Positions 55,688-64,000 of a stretch of DNA of 64,000 bases are shown piece after piece. The DNA lies in contig OZ240685.1 of assembly GCA_965199135.1 (NCBI GenBank), positions 570,528 through 634,527 of the forward strand. The letters run 5' to 3'. The notes below the pieces were generated by a model. It saw only the letters and a list, made by a program, of their open reading frames with translations, made no database searches and had not been told where the DNA came from. This DNA is from Acidobacteriaceae bacterium. GTDB lineage: Bacteria > Acidobacteriota > Terriglobia > Terriglobales > Acidobacteriaceae. The position numbers and the translations under genes are program-made. Position 1 is the stretch's first letter; each line of letters opens with the position of its first letter.

Positions 55688-56249
55688 ACTTTTTCGGAAA
55701 CTCCTTGAAAACCTGCTTGATGTACTTCTCGAGGCGCTTGGTGTTCTTCTTCTCGGTCCTCGAGAGGTCGTCCTCGGTCACCCCGCGGAAGATCAGTTGG
55801 TGGCTGGCAGTATCGAAGATGTCGATCATCAGGTTGTTCTGGGGCAGGCTCAGTGCATTGATCGTCGCGTTGCCGTAGTACGGCTTCCAACCGGCGCCGA
55901 GTCCTTCCGGCCCCCAGTCCTGCTTGAACCCTCCGCCCTTTGCCGCGTAAAAGGCCTTCACCTGGTCCTCACCACGCACGTCACCGAGCACAAAAACCGT
56001 CGCGCTGCCGCCGGAAGGTACGAGCTGCCAGCCTCGCTGGCGGAGTCCCTTGTCCACCGCCGCGTGCACCGCCGGCTCGTACGTGGGCGCAGCCATCTCA
56101 AGCACACCCCAGGAGTACGTGCGATGTGCGAACTGCGCCGTGTGATCGTATTCGATCGTGACACTCGGCGTCAGGAAGGGGATCGCCTCCGCAGCCGGCA
56201 CAGTCAAAGCGAGAACAGCCGCAAGGGCAAAGGTGGTTCGGCGATGCAT
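55686..56249 (-). CDS. DUF4136-like secreted/lipoprotein
   Basis: Signal peptide MHRRTTFALAAVLALTVPAAEA. YDHTAQFAHRTYSW near the N-terminus. C-terminal KEFPKK. ATG at 56249. Confidence 0.65.
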   Translation of the reverse strand: MHRRTTFALAAVLALTVPAAEAIPFLTPSVTIEYDHTAQFAHRTYSWGVLEMAAPTYEPAVHAAVDKGLRQRGWQLVPSGGSATVFVLGDVRGEDQVKAFYAAKGGGFKQDWGPEGLGAGWKPYYGNATINALSLPQNNLMIDIFDTASHQLIFRGVTEDDLSRTEKKNTKRLEKYIKQVFKEFPKK

Positions 56250-56377
56250 GGACTCTCCTGGCCCTCGGTTCGACAGCAGGGCTTCGCGAATAGGAGGCAG
56301 GCTGCGCCGGGAAGGATGGTTCGGCACCGGGCAAGAGAGTCGCGGGCAGGAATCCTGCCCGCTGCAAAGGGTGAAGC

Positions 56378-56648
56378 CCTGCGGTTCAGAGGGAACGGCT
56401 TCAACGCCCGGAGATCCTTCTCGCCCTCGTCCTTGACCCGCTGCATGAACCGCGGATTCGCGGTCTTGACGCCGCCCTGGGAATGGCTCTGGTACTGCGA
56501 AAAATCGGCGTATTGGTCATAGCCGGTACGAACAATCCGCAGCCAGGGCCGCGGATGCCGTCAGAAGGACGGCACCGCTCCCCGAAAACGGCTCTTGCAG
56601 CGATGGTCTTTCCCCGTTCCTCCGGCACGAAGAAGAAACAGCGCGCAT
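56378..56648 (-). pseudogene. probable decayed third DUF4136 paralog (frameshifted and internally deleted)
   Basis: One frame (56517..56648) gives M...GAVLLTASAALAADCS, which is signal-like. An overlapping frame, open from 56560, gives RTGYDQYADFSQYQSHSQGG...KDLRALKPFP. This mimics the N-terminal ADF-x-Y/F motif and the C-terminal x-FP end of the two flanking DUF4136 genes, but no start codon links them. Confidence 0.3.
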
Positions 56649-56675
56649 GTGGAACGGCCGGTATGCGAGTGACCG

Positions 56676-57230
56676 TCACTTTCCCGTGGCTGGGAAGCTT
56701 CGCAGCATCTGCTCGACCATCGGACTTGAGTCAGCGTCCTTCTTCCTGGCGCTTTCCACCGCGCTTGCCCGAAACAGGAGTTGGTGGGTATTGCTGTCGA
56801 AAGCGTCGATCACCAGGTATCGCGCGGGTCGCCCGGGACGGGTCGAAGCAAAGCCCGCATTCCAGCCTGCGCCCCACGTGTGCCAGTCCCACCCCTCGCC
56901 CCAGTTCGCGTCTTCATGCTTGTAGAGGGCTTCCAACTCGGATTCGCCCGTCACATGCTCCCGGGCAAAAAGCGTCAGACTGCCCGCCGAGGTCATCTCG
57001 ACCCACCCGCGCGCCTCCAGGTCTCGGTCGGCAGCTTCCCGGACACGCATCAGCGACAGGGGGTCCGACGAATGCTGGTTCCCCCAGCAATAGGTGTGGA
57101 AGCTGTGAAAGTCGGCATCGCGCGTACGGCCCGCGTGCACGTTCTGCGCCTGGAGAACAGCAAAAGAGAACAGCAGGCTCGCGGTCACGAAACTGCGAGC
57201 GAGAAAAGCGCCCGGTTGCTGGGCGTTCAT
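56676..57230 (-). CDS. DUF4136-like secreted protein
   Basis: Signal peptide ...FAVLQAQN. RDADFHSFHTYCWG. C-terminal LRSFPATGK. Paralog of 55686..56249. Confidence 0.65.
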   Translation of the reverse strand: MNAQQPGAFLARSFVTASLLFSFAVLQAQNVHAGRTRDADFHSFHTYCWGNQHSSDPLSLMRVREAADRDLEARGWVEMTSAGSLTLFAREHVTGESELEALYKHEDANWGEGWDWHTWGAGWNAGFASTRPGRPARYLVIDAFDSNTHQLLFRASAVESARKKDADSSPMVEQMLRSFPATGK

Positions 57231-57290
57231 ACAGAGACTCCTTGTCCAGCAGGTTTCCCTGTTAGAGGCGCGACGTTGCTGAATCGTTAG

Positions 57291-58364
57291 CTACTGCTGG
57301 TCGCTGTCTGCCTGCGTAATGGCGTAATAGCCCTTGCGCGACTGCACCTTGAGCCCGTCACCCTTGCACTGGATCTCGACTGCACGGTACTTGCCATCAA
57401 AGTCCGTATTCTGGGGAACATAGCTGATGACGTACTGCGTGCGCAGCTCAGCCTCGATCTGGGCGAAAGCGTCCTCGAGCTTGTTTCCGTTGTTGCCGAC
57501 ATCAATGACGCGGCCGCCGGTGGCTTCCGTCATGCGCCGCATCTGCTGGTCGCCCGAGTACCCGCCCAGCATGATCGATCCACGGGAGTAGAAGCCCCGA
57601 TCCGCGATCAGGATCACGTACACGATCGTGTTGGCCTTCTGCGCCGCCTCGATCGCATCCTGCACCTTGTACTTCGAGCCTTCGTCTTCACCATCGGTCA
57701 GCAGAATCTCTGCTTTCCGGCCGGTCTCCTGGCGCAGCTTGTCGTTCGACGCGAGGTAGACCGCGTCGTACAGCAGGGTTCCCTTCGGCGCACCCTGCGT
57801 CGGGATCGTGCCCTGCCCCAGGCCCGGAATACCGGCTGCGCCATTCCCGGCAGCGGTGTTGATCTCAGCCTTGTTCATCGCCCGGCTCAGCACGCCCGCA
57901 TTGTTGGTGTAGTCCTCGAGCAGGTTCACATCTACATCGAACGAGATCAGAAACGCCTCGTCCTTCTCGCGCAACACCCGATGCAGAAAGGCCGATCCGG
58001 ACTGCTGTTCAAGGGGGAGTACATTCATCTGCGAACCCGAGGTGTCGAGCAGGATCCCCAGCGTCAGCGGCTGGTTGGCCTCGGAGGTGAAGTTCCGGAT
58101 CTTCTGTTCCTTCTTGTCTTCCAGCACCCGGCAGTCGTCGCGGGTCAGATTCGGGATCAGCGCGCCGTGCTTGTCGCGTACGGTGAAGTACAGCGAAACA
58201 AGGTTCGAGTTCACCCGCAGGGTTGTGACCGGCGCACCCTGCTGCGTGTCATCCGGTGGCGGTGCAGTGCTTACCGGGGGCGCGTCGGGGGAAGGCGCCG
58301 ACTGGGCATAGAGCCCGGGCACAAGCAGAAGCAGCGGGGACAGAATCAGGGCGAGACGGCGCAT
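57291..58364 (-). CDS. VWA-domain protein of the VWFA-related acidobacterial type (TIGR03436-like)
   Basis: Signal peptide. TLRVNSNLVSLYFTVRDKHGALIPNLTRDDCRVLEDKKEQ N-domain. LDTSGS MIDAS motif. Confidence 0.8.
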   Translation of the reverse strand: MRRLALILSPLLLLVPGLYAQSAPSPDAPPVSTAPPPDDTQQGAPVTTLRVNSNLVSLYFTVRDKHGALIPNLTRDDCRVLEDKKEQKIRNFTSEANQPLTLGILLDTSGSQMNVLPLEQQSGSAFLHRVLREKDEAFLISFDVDVNLLEDYTNNAGVLSRAMNKAEINTAAGNGAAGIPGLGQGTIPTQGAPKGTLLYDAVYLASNDKLRQETGRKAEILLTDGEDEGSKYKVQDAIEAAQKANTIVYVILIADRGFYSRGSIMLGGYSGDQQMRRMTEATGGRVIDVGNNGNKLEDAFAQIEAELRTQYVISYVPQNTDFDGKYRAVEIQCKGDGLKVQSRKGYYAITQADSDQQ

Positions 58365-58472
58365 GGTAGCTACTTAGACGCTTCCGTGGGACAAAAGTCG
58401 TACGGCGCAGCCCCGAGTCGCTACGCCGTGTTAGCCGCACTGTACGCCTTTGGGACGCACAGTGAGAACAAA

Positions 58473-59387
58473 TCACCCTTTGAGCGACTTCATGTAGTCC
58501 GCATCGACGCGGAGTGCCTCTTTCCAGGGCAGGTCTGGAAACGCCTCCTGCTCCACAAACATGTGCTGGATCGCTCCCGGCTTCACGGCAGCGAAAATCT
58601 TCGGATAGTCTGCAGTGCCGCGCCCGAGTTCCGCAGCCGGCGGCGGGTTGTCGACCGAAGTGTGCCCCGCGTCCTTCGCGAAATCCTTCACGTGCAACAT
58701 CTTGATGCGGTTCGGATAGGTGCGCAGGTAGTGTTCGGGGCTGCCGCCGCCTACCGTCACCCAGCCACAGTCGAGCTCCATGATCACCAGCTTCGGATCG
58801 GTGCTCTTGAGGAGCAGGTCATAAGGAACCGTCCCGTTCTGTGGCTTAAATTCCATGGTGTGATTGTGGTATCCGAACTGGAAGCCGGCCTCCTGGATCT
58901 TCCGGCCCCAGGTATTGAACTGTTCCGCGTTGTACTTCCAGTCATCCAGCGTGAATGCAGTCACCTGGCTTCGAAATGGCAGGCTCGCTGCAGCCGAGCC
59001 CGGGCGGAACCCTGGAAACGAGCAGATGATGTACTTCGCTGTCCCCAGCTCCCGGTGAAACGAGAGGATGGCGTCGAGGTTCTTCTCGAGCTGCGCCGAA
59101 GGGTAGTGTGCGGAGACGCAGCGCAGCCCCGCAGACTGCATGACCGCCTTCACCTCGACCGGCGAGTGGCCGTTGAAACCCGCGCCCTCGACCTCCTGGT
59201 AGCCAAGCGACGCCACCTCCTTGAGTGTGCCCGCGTAATCCTGTGCGAGCTGCTCCCGCACCGAGTACAACTGCAGCCCTATCGGCAGCCCCAGCGGATT
59301 GGCACGAGCAAGGCGTGGAAACACAACTGCGGCAGTACCGGCAAGCGCCGAGCACTGCAGGAAGCGACGACGAGACACTGGGGACAT
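58473..59387 (-). CDS. sugar phosphate isomerase/epimerase (xylose isomerase-like TIM barrel), Tat signal
   Basis: MSPVSRRRFLQCSALAGTAAVVFP twin-Arg leader, then LYSVREQL...GYQEVE and HNHTMEF motifs. ATG at 59387; the longer track ORF would overlap the TetR gene. Confidence 0.8.
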   Translation of the reverse strand: MSPVSRRRFLQCSALAGTAAVVFPRLARANPLGLPIGLQLYSVREQLAQDYAGTLKEVASLGYQEVEGAGFNGHSPVEVKAVMQSAGLRCVSAHYPSAQLEKNLDAILSFHRELGTAKYIICSFPGFRPGSAAASLPFRSQVTAFTLDDWKYNAEQFNTWGRKIQEAGFQFGYHNHTMEFKPQNGTVPYDLLLKSTDPKLVIMELDCGWVTVGGGSPEHYLRTYPNRIKMLHVKDFAKDAGHTSVDNPPPAAELGRGTADYPKIFAAVKPGAIQHMFVEQEAFPDLPWKEALRVDADYMKSLKG

Positions 59388-59503
59388 AAAAGGGGGAGGC
59401 TCATTTCTGAAGAGGTAGAAAACTCGGCTGATACCGATCCCAAGCACGATGCCACGGAAGCGGTGCACGTGTCCATGCAGGCCTCTTCTCGCGGCCGCTT
59501 TGC

Positions 59504-60103
59504 CTAGGTCGTTCCGGCCGGTTGCGAGCGGAGCGCGACGACCAACTTCACACGCTCTTTTTGGCGGCTGGGTGGTAATCGTTTTGTTCGTGTCAGCTCC
59601 GCGATGCCGTGGAGGCTCGCCCAAAACACCTCCGATTGCACCTCTGCCTCCGACGGCGACCCCCGAAACAAGGCCATGAACTGGGAGAATGCAAAGCGCA
59701 ACTCCGGGGGGGTCGCGGCTTCTCCAAAAGGAACGCTCAGGCTCAGCGAGAACATCGCTTCGTAGAGTGCCGGGGAGGATGCGGCGAACGTCAGGTACGA
59801 GGTGGCAACAGACTCGATAGCGGTCCCACGTTTCACTCGCTTTCGGGCCTTCTCCAGGGCGAGACCCAGCGCCTGAAAGCCCTCGGTCGCCACGGCAGAA
59901 AGGATGCCATCCCGGCTTCCGAAATGGGCATAGAGGACCGGCTGGCTGTAGGAGATCTCATCGGAGAGGCGCCGAACCGTGACGCTCGGCCATCCCTCCT
60001 GCTCGGCGATCCGCCGCGCGGTGCTGATGATCTGCGCCCGGCGTGCCTCCCTGTCCCGTAGCTTTCGTTCTGCAATCCTGTTCTTCGCCGCCGCAGCTTC
60101 CAT
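59504..60103 (-). CDS. TetR/AcrR family transcriptional regulator
   Basis: HTH region GWPSVTVRRLSDEISYSQPVLYAHFGSRDGIL. Confidence 0.9.
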   Translation of the reverse strand: MEAAAAKNRIAERKLRDREARRAQIISTARRIAEQEGWPSVTVRRLSDEISYSQPVLYAHFGSRDGILSAVATEGFQALGLALEKARKRVKRGTAIESVATSYLTFAASSPALYEAMFSLSLSVPFGEAATPPELRFAFSQFMALFRGSPSEAEVQSEVFWASLHGIAELTRTKRLPPSRQKERVKLVVALRSQPAGTT

Positions 60104-60112
60104 GGAAATAAA

Positions 60113-60128
60113 TTATAGCGCTGCTAGA
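60113..60128. promoter_or_regulatory. candidate TetR operator, copy 1 (TTATAGCGCTGCTAGA)
   Basis: Contains the inverted repeat TAGC-N3-GCTA. It lies in the 100-bp spacer between the divergent TetR and DUF4267 genes and is repeated 51 bp away. Confidence 0.45.
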
Positions 60129-60163
60129 AATAATCCGAATCCCATCACCCAGGCCGTCATCTT

Positions 60164-60179
60164 TTATAGCGTTGCTAGA
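60164..60179. promoter_or_regulatory. candidate TetR operator, copy 2 (TTATAGCGTTGCTAGA)
   Basis: 15 of 16 positions are identical to copy 1. It lies 25 nt upstream of the DUF4267 ATG, just 5-prime of its AAGGAG. Confidence 0.45.
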
Positions 60180-60203
60180 TTTTGTACCAAGGAGATAAAT
60201 TAA

Positions 60204-60584
60204 ATGCATACGACGCTTCCTCTTGCCCTCGCCATCCTCGTCTCAGTCGGGATCATCGGTATCGGCCTGATGTACATCGCCTCCCCGGAACGCATCCTGG
60301 GTGGCTTCGGCCTCAAGCCACCTGCAGCAGACGCAGACACGCGCGCATGGCTTCGACTCAAGGGCATTCGCGACATCGCCTCAGGCGTGGCCGTGCTGAC
60401 CCTGATGTTGACGACGGATCACCGCACCGTCGGCATATTGCTCCTGGCGCTCTGCATGATTCCCTTCGGCGACATGTCCAACATCCTGGTCTCGGGCGGA
60501 CGAAAGGTCACCGCATTCTCTGTTCACGGTGTCACCTGCGCGGTAATGCTCTTTGCCGGCCTGCTGCTGATCGGTCTGCTGTGA
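60204..60584 (+). CDS. DUF4267-like small membrane protein
   Basis: 126 aa with four hydrophobic segments. AAGGAG lies 8 nt upstream of the ATG. The family call is from memory of the typical TetR-adjacent DUF4267 pattern. Confidence 0.6.
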   Translation: MHTTLPLALAILVSVGIIGIGLMYIASPERILGGFGLKPPAADADTRAWLRLKGIRDIASGVAVLTLMLTTDHRTVGILLLALCMIPFGDMSNILVSGGRKVTAFSVHGVTCAVMLFAGLLLIGLL

Positions 60585-60834
60585 CTCGCCCTCACTCCAC
60601 ACTGGCTACCCAGAACTGAGAAGGGGCGTCTACAAGCAACCCCTTCCCGGAAACCCACACTTTCGCCCTGCAAGCTGATCGAGCGCTTCCACGCAAGCCC
60701 CAGCAGGGTTCAATCTCTGCCCGAGGGACCAAAAAGTCGGCTCTGGTACTCTAACGCTTGCGCCCGTCCGTCAAATGATCGAGTCGCCGCGGGGCACCTC
60801 TCCCTGCATCTATATGGGCACACGGAGTTGGCGT

Positions 60835-62208
60835 ATGTTGAAGGCCCTGTTCCACTTTGAGGAGAATCCGCCTGTGAAGCACGCTGCATTAGTAGGAGTT
60901 TTGCTGGTCACCCTGGGGAGCAGCGCCCTCGCGCAGCAAGGAACCGCGGTTCCCGACGCCCCGCTTCCCCAGGCACCCACGTCCAATGGCCTCGGGGACC
61001 TGCGCGACCAGGTCAAGCCCGGCGCCGGCACCACGCCGCTTCCCTCGCCCGACGCAGCCCAGCATCCGCAGGATGGTGTGAACCAGGCCGCGGGCAGCTC
61101 CACCTCGAGCGCGCCAGGCGAGAGTGTCGCCCCTTCAGGCTCCACCCCGAACCAGCAGGAAGCCCCCGACATCCCGGCCGCGGGTCAGGGCCCGACCCAG
61201 ACGCTGATCATCCCCGTTAACGAAGTCATCGTCCCCGTGACCGTGCGCGATAAAAAGGGCAACATGGTGCCCTCGATCGACTGGCGCAAGTTCCGGGTGT
61301 TTGAGGATGGCGTGCGGCAGCGCATCGTCTACTTCACGACCGATCCCTTCCCGATCTCGACCGCCTTTGTCGTCGACCAGAGCCTCCCGGCCGACGTGAT
61401 GAACAAGGTCAACGAGAGCCTGGCTGCTGTGACCGGCGCTTTCACCGCGGCCGACTCGGTCGCCGTCTTTGGCTACAACAGCACGCCGCGCATGATCACC
61501 GACTTCACCGGCGCCCAGGGCGCGCGCCTGAACGTCGCCCTCTCCGAGGCAAAAGCCCCTGGCCGCGATATGGGCGTCATCTCCCCCGGCGGCCCCATGG
61601 ATGATGGCATCGTCGTCAACAACAAGCAGCTGGACCCGAACACCAGCCCGCACCATGGCCTCGACGTCGGCAACGCGATTATTCCCAAGGAGTACCATCC
61701 GCTCAACGACGCGATCCTGGCCGCAGCGGAGCAGCTGGCCAAACAGCCTCGTGGCCGACGCCGCGTGCTCTACATCATCTCCGATGGCAAGGAGCAGGGT
61801 TCGAAGGCCTCCTACAAGGAGGTTGTCCGCTTCCTGCTGACGAACAACATCTCGGTTTACGGCACACTCGTCGGCGACTCTGCAATCTGGGGTCTCGGCT
61901 ACCTGGACAAGTTCCATGTACCGCTGCTCCCGACAATGCGCGACAACATTCTGCCCAAGTACGCGCTCGCGACCGGTGGAACGCTCGACTCCGAGGTCTC
62001 TGAGAACGGCATGCAAATGTCTTTCTCGAAGATCACCAACTCGGTGCGTGACCAGTACACCATTGGCTACATCAGCCACACCAACGTCCTGGCCAGCCGC
62101 TTCCACACCATCGAAGTACGCATCGAGGGCATCCCGAACCTGGACATTGTTGCCCCCGACGGCTACTACCCCTCGGCGCATAACAACAACGCCGCAAGCT
62201 CGCAGTAA
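60835..62208 (+). CDS. VWA-domain protein of the VWFA-related acidobacterial type (TIGR03436-like), second copy
   Basis: Signal peptide, Pro/Ser-rich linker, VIVPVTVRDKKGNMVPSIDWRKFRVFEDGVRQ N-domain, and a VWA core. ATG at 60835. Confidence 0.75.
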   Translation: MLKALFHFEENPPVKHAALVGVLLVTLGSSALAQQGTAVPDAPLPQAPTSNGLGDLRDQVKPGAGTTPLPSPDAAQHPQDGVNQAAGSSTSSAPGESVAPSGSTPNQQEAPDIPAAGQGPTQTLIIPVNEVIVPVTVRDKKGNMVPSIDWRKFRVFEDGVRQRIVYFTTDPFPISTAFVVDQSLPADVMNKVNESLAAVTGAFTAADSVAVFGYNSTPRMITDFTGAQGARLNVALSEAKAPGRDMGVISPGGPMDDGIVVNNKQLDPNTSPHHGLDVGNAIIPKEYHPLNDAILAAAEQLAKQPRGRRRVLYIISDGKEQGSKASYKEVVRFLLTNNISVYGTLVGDSAIWGLGYLDKFHVPLLPTMRDNILPKYALATGGTLDSEVSENGMQMSFSKITNSVRDQYTIGYISHTNVLASRFHTIEVRIEGIPNLDIVAPDGYYPSAHNNNAASSQ

Positions 62209-62299
62209 GACAAAGCAAGGCGCCGCGCTTCCTTCGGACGGGTGCTCGTTCCATAGCAAGACAGGCCACGTGCCTGTCTTGTATGGAAGAAAACACCCC

Positions 62300-63283
62300 A
62301 TGAAGTGGACGTCTGCCGCGTTGGGGGTCTTGCCGTTTGCTCCTGAAGCAGGTCTCTTGATCGTTCAACCATCGTCCACGCTGATGCCTGTCGCACTTGG
62401 GTTGCTGGCTGCGGTGACCTGGGGCGCGGCCGACTTCGCGGGTGGCCTGTCGACGCGACGCGCAGCGCCCAGCCGCGTGGTGCTGATCGCCCATGGCACC
62501 AGCCTCATTCTGCTCGCGGCGATCTCGCTCCTCTTCCCGGTGCATCTGTCCGCATGGGCGACGGCCGGAGGCCTGCTTTCGGGAGTTGCCGGTGGCGTGG
62601 CACTGATGGTCTTCTACGAAGCGCTGTCGCTGGGCGCGATGGGGCTCTCAGCAGCTATTGCCGGTCTGCTGACCGCCGTGCTACCTGTGTTTCTCTCGAT
62701 CCGCAGCGAAGGGGCGCCAGGGCCTCTACAGATCACCGGCTTCGCGGTCGCCGCGGCAGCAATCGTGCTGATCGCCTATGCTCCGCCAGCCCCCGGCGCG
62801 ACGCCGGCACGGCGGGCACTCCTGTTCGCGACCGCAGCGGGGGCCGGCTTCGGCTTGCAGCTGGTCTGGCTGCATCTTTCGGCGGCCGGCGCAGTGAGCG
62901 CCGGTGGTTCGCCATTCGCGCCCGTACTGCGCGCACTGGTCTTGTCTCGCCTCGGCGGAACAGCGGTCGCGCTCGCCGCCCAGCTGCTCACCCGCGCTCG
63001 GCATCGCGAGCGAATCCTGCCGCAACCCACCGAACCCGCGGCTGTGCTCCGCATCCCGCTGCCGCTGCTGGCTGCCGGAGCAGGCCTGCTCGACACTGCC
63101 GGCAATGGCCTGTACATGCTGTCGTCGCTCGGGGGAAGGCTCGACGTCGCGGCGGTGCTCTCGTCGCTCTACCCGGGAGCCACCATCGTGCTGGCCGCCC
63201 TGGTGCTCAAGGAAAAGGCCACCCGCCTCCAGGCCATCGGCATGGGCTTCGCTCTGGCCGCGGTGGCGCTGATCGCCGCGTAA
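62300..63283 (+). CDS. EamA/DMT family transporter
   Basis: Ten hydrophobic segments. AAVTWGAADFAGG and the C-terminal half repeat are typical of EamA. ATG at 62300. Confidence 0.8.
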   Translation: MKWTSAALGVLPFAPEAGLLIVQPSSTLMPVALGLLAAVTWGAADFAGGLSTRRAAPSRVVLIAHGTSLILLAAISLLFPVHLSAWATAGGLLSGVAGGVALMVFYEALSLGAMGLSAAIAGLLTAVLPVFLSIRSEGAPGPLQITGFAVAAAAIVLIAYAPPAPGATPARRALLFATAAGAGFGLQLVWLHLSAAGAVSAGGSPFAPVLRALVLSRLGGTAVALAAQLLTRARHRERILPQPTEPAAVLRIPLPLLAAGAGLLDTAGNGLYMLSSLGGRLDVAAVLSSLYPGATIVLAALVLKEKATRLQAIGMGFALAAVALIAA

Positions 63284-63298
63284 TCACCACGCTGAAAG

Positions 63299-63332
63299 AG
63301 AGAAAGCCAGCCCCGCGGGACTGGCTTTCTCT
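63299..63332. terminator. perfect 12-bp stem hairpin between convergent genes
   Basis: agagaaagccag-ccccgcggga-ctggctttctct, between the EamA stop (63283) and the TonB-receptor stop (63348). Confidence 0.5.
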
Positions 63333-63347
63333 GCGTGTTCGAAGGGA

Positions 63348-64000
63348 TTAGAAGGAGTAATGCGCCGAAAGCTGGATGATCCGGGGTCCGCTGCGGGTGC
63401 TCGTAATCTGACCGAACGTTGTGTCGCCCACGGTGTTGTCGGGGTTGCCGTAGCTTGCAAAGTTAAACACGTTGAACGCGTCGGCACGGAAACCAACAGC
63501 CTGTGCCTCGGTGATGTGGAAGTCCTTGAACACCGAGGTATCGATCTGCTCATAGCCGGGTGCGCGTTCGGTGCCGACGCGATCTGTACCGAAGGTGTTT
63601 GCAGTCTCCGGTCCGTATGCGCAGGTGCCATTGTCCCCACCCGTCGGGCAGGGGGTCGCCGAAGGATCGGTACCGAACCAGTTCTGCACTCCCCGGTCGA
63701 CAATCTTCAGCTTGCGATACTGGTTGGCGCGGGAATTGTAACTGTTCGTGTTGCTGTTGTTGCCTGGGCTGAAGATCGTAACCGGCAGGCCGGAGTACGC
63801 GATCGCTGTTCCCGAGATAGCCCACCCGCCCAGTGCGAGATCCAGGACGCGGTTGGCGTTCCCACCAAACTGCTTGCCGCGCCCATAGGGAACTGCATAG
63901 GTGCCAACGGCCGACAGGTTGTTACGCACATCCTGGTCAGACGGCCCGTAGTCGCCGCCAAGATCGTAGCCATTCTGGAGACCACCAGGGCCGGCGACAT
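63348..64000 (-). CDS. TonB-dependent receptor, C-terminal part (N-terminus beyond the window)
   Basis: The frame is open to position 64000 (…GGDYGPSDQDVRNNLS…). Ends with the ...IIQLSAHYSF terminal aromatic residue typical of TBDR beta-barrels. Confidence 0.85.
   Translation of the reverse strand, partial: VAGPGGLQNGYDLGGDYGPSDQDVRNNLSAVGTYAVPYGRGKQFGGNANRVLDLALGGWAISGTAIAYSGLPVTIFSPGNNSNTNSYNSRANQYRKLKIVDRGVQNWFGTDPSATPCPTGGDNGTCAYGPETANTFGTDRVGTERAPGYEQIDTSVFKDFHITEAQAVGFRADAFNVFNFASYGNPDNTVGDTTFGQITSTRSGPRIIQLSAHYSF

Noticed and set aside
57981-59507. 508-aa plus-strand ORF antisense to the VWA and TIM-barrel genes. The same applies to other long antisense ORFs: 18228..19277, 30409..31599, 40368..41405, 41461..42549, 45266..46510 and 61135..62301.
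   Set aside because: All lie opposite genes with strong domain evidence. All have Arg/Gly/His/Pro-biased composition and no recognisable motifs. They are shadow ORFs.

Overview
GC-rich, densely coding bacterial chromosomal segment with about 57 CDS and 2 tRNAs. It is most likely from an Acidobacteriota genome. This is an inference from two TIGR03436-type VWFA-related acidobacterial-domain proteins, tandem DUF4136 paralogs, a GH79 enzyme and the C-terminal end of a TonB-dependent receptor.

The dominant feature is a complete tad/cpa (type IVc, Flp) pilus locus on the minus strand (2165..13307). Its order is two TadE-like minor pilins, a TadG-like protein, flp, tadV, cpaB, cpaC, tadZ, tadA, tadB, tadC, then an unannotated 31-aa membrane ORF and a DUF192 gene.

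Other content:
- ferritin-like/VIT1 fusion
- divergent flavin monooxygenase / ATP-grasp pair
- AKR-SDR-GT39(TPR)-KirBac potassium channel cluster
- LacI-TreZ-glycogen debranching enzyme-DUF2252 cluster
- TolC-MFP-RND efflux operon
- secreted S9 and M14 peptidases
- metallophosphoesterase-permease-ribokinase trio
- GH79 and GH5-like hydrolases
- HugZ-like protein
- tRNA-Gly and tRNA-Cys
- response regulator-ABC ATPase-NRAMP-like cluster
- PhzF-family protein, 1-Cys peroxiredoxin, and a TetR/DUF4267 pair

I saw no rRNA, CRISPR array, transposase, integrase, phage genes or recognisable toxin-antitoxin or defence modules. I do not see a clear-cut new system. The best leads are:
- the accessory genes and organisation of the tad locus
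- a DUF2252 protein with kinase-like motifs tightly linked to alpha-glucan enzymes
- the GT39-KirBac coupling
- the RR / orphan ABC ATPase / variant NRAMP cluster with a 502-bp leader
- a divergent pair of paralogous small basic proteins at the left edge

All family assignments come from reading motifs by eye. No searches were run.
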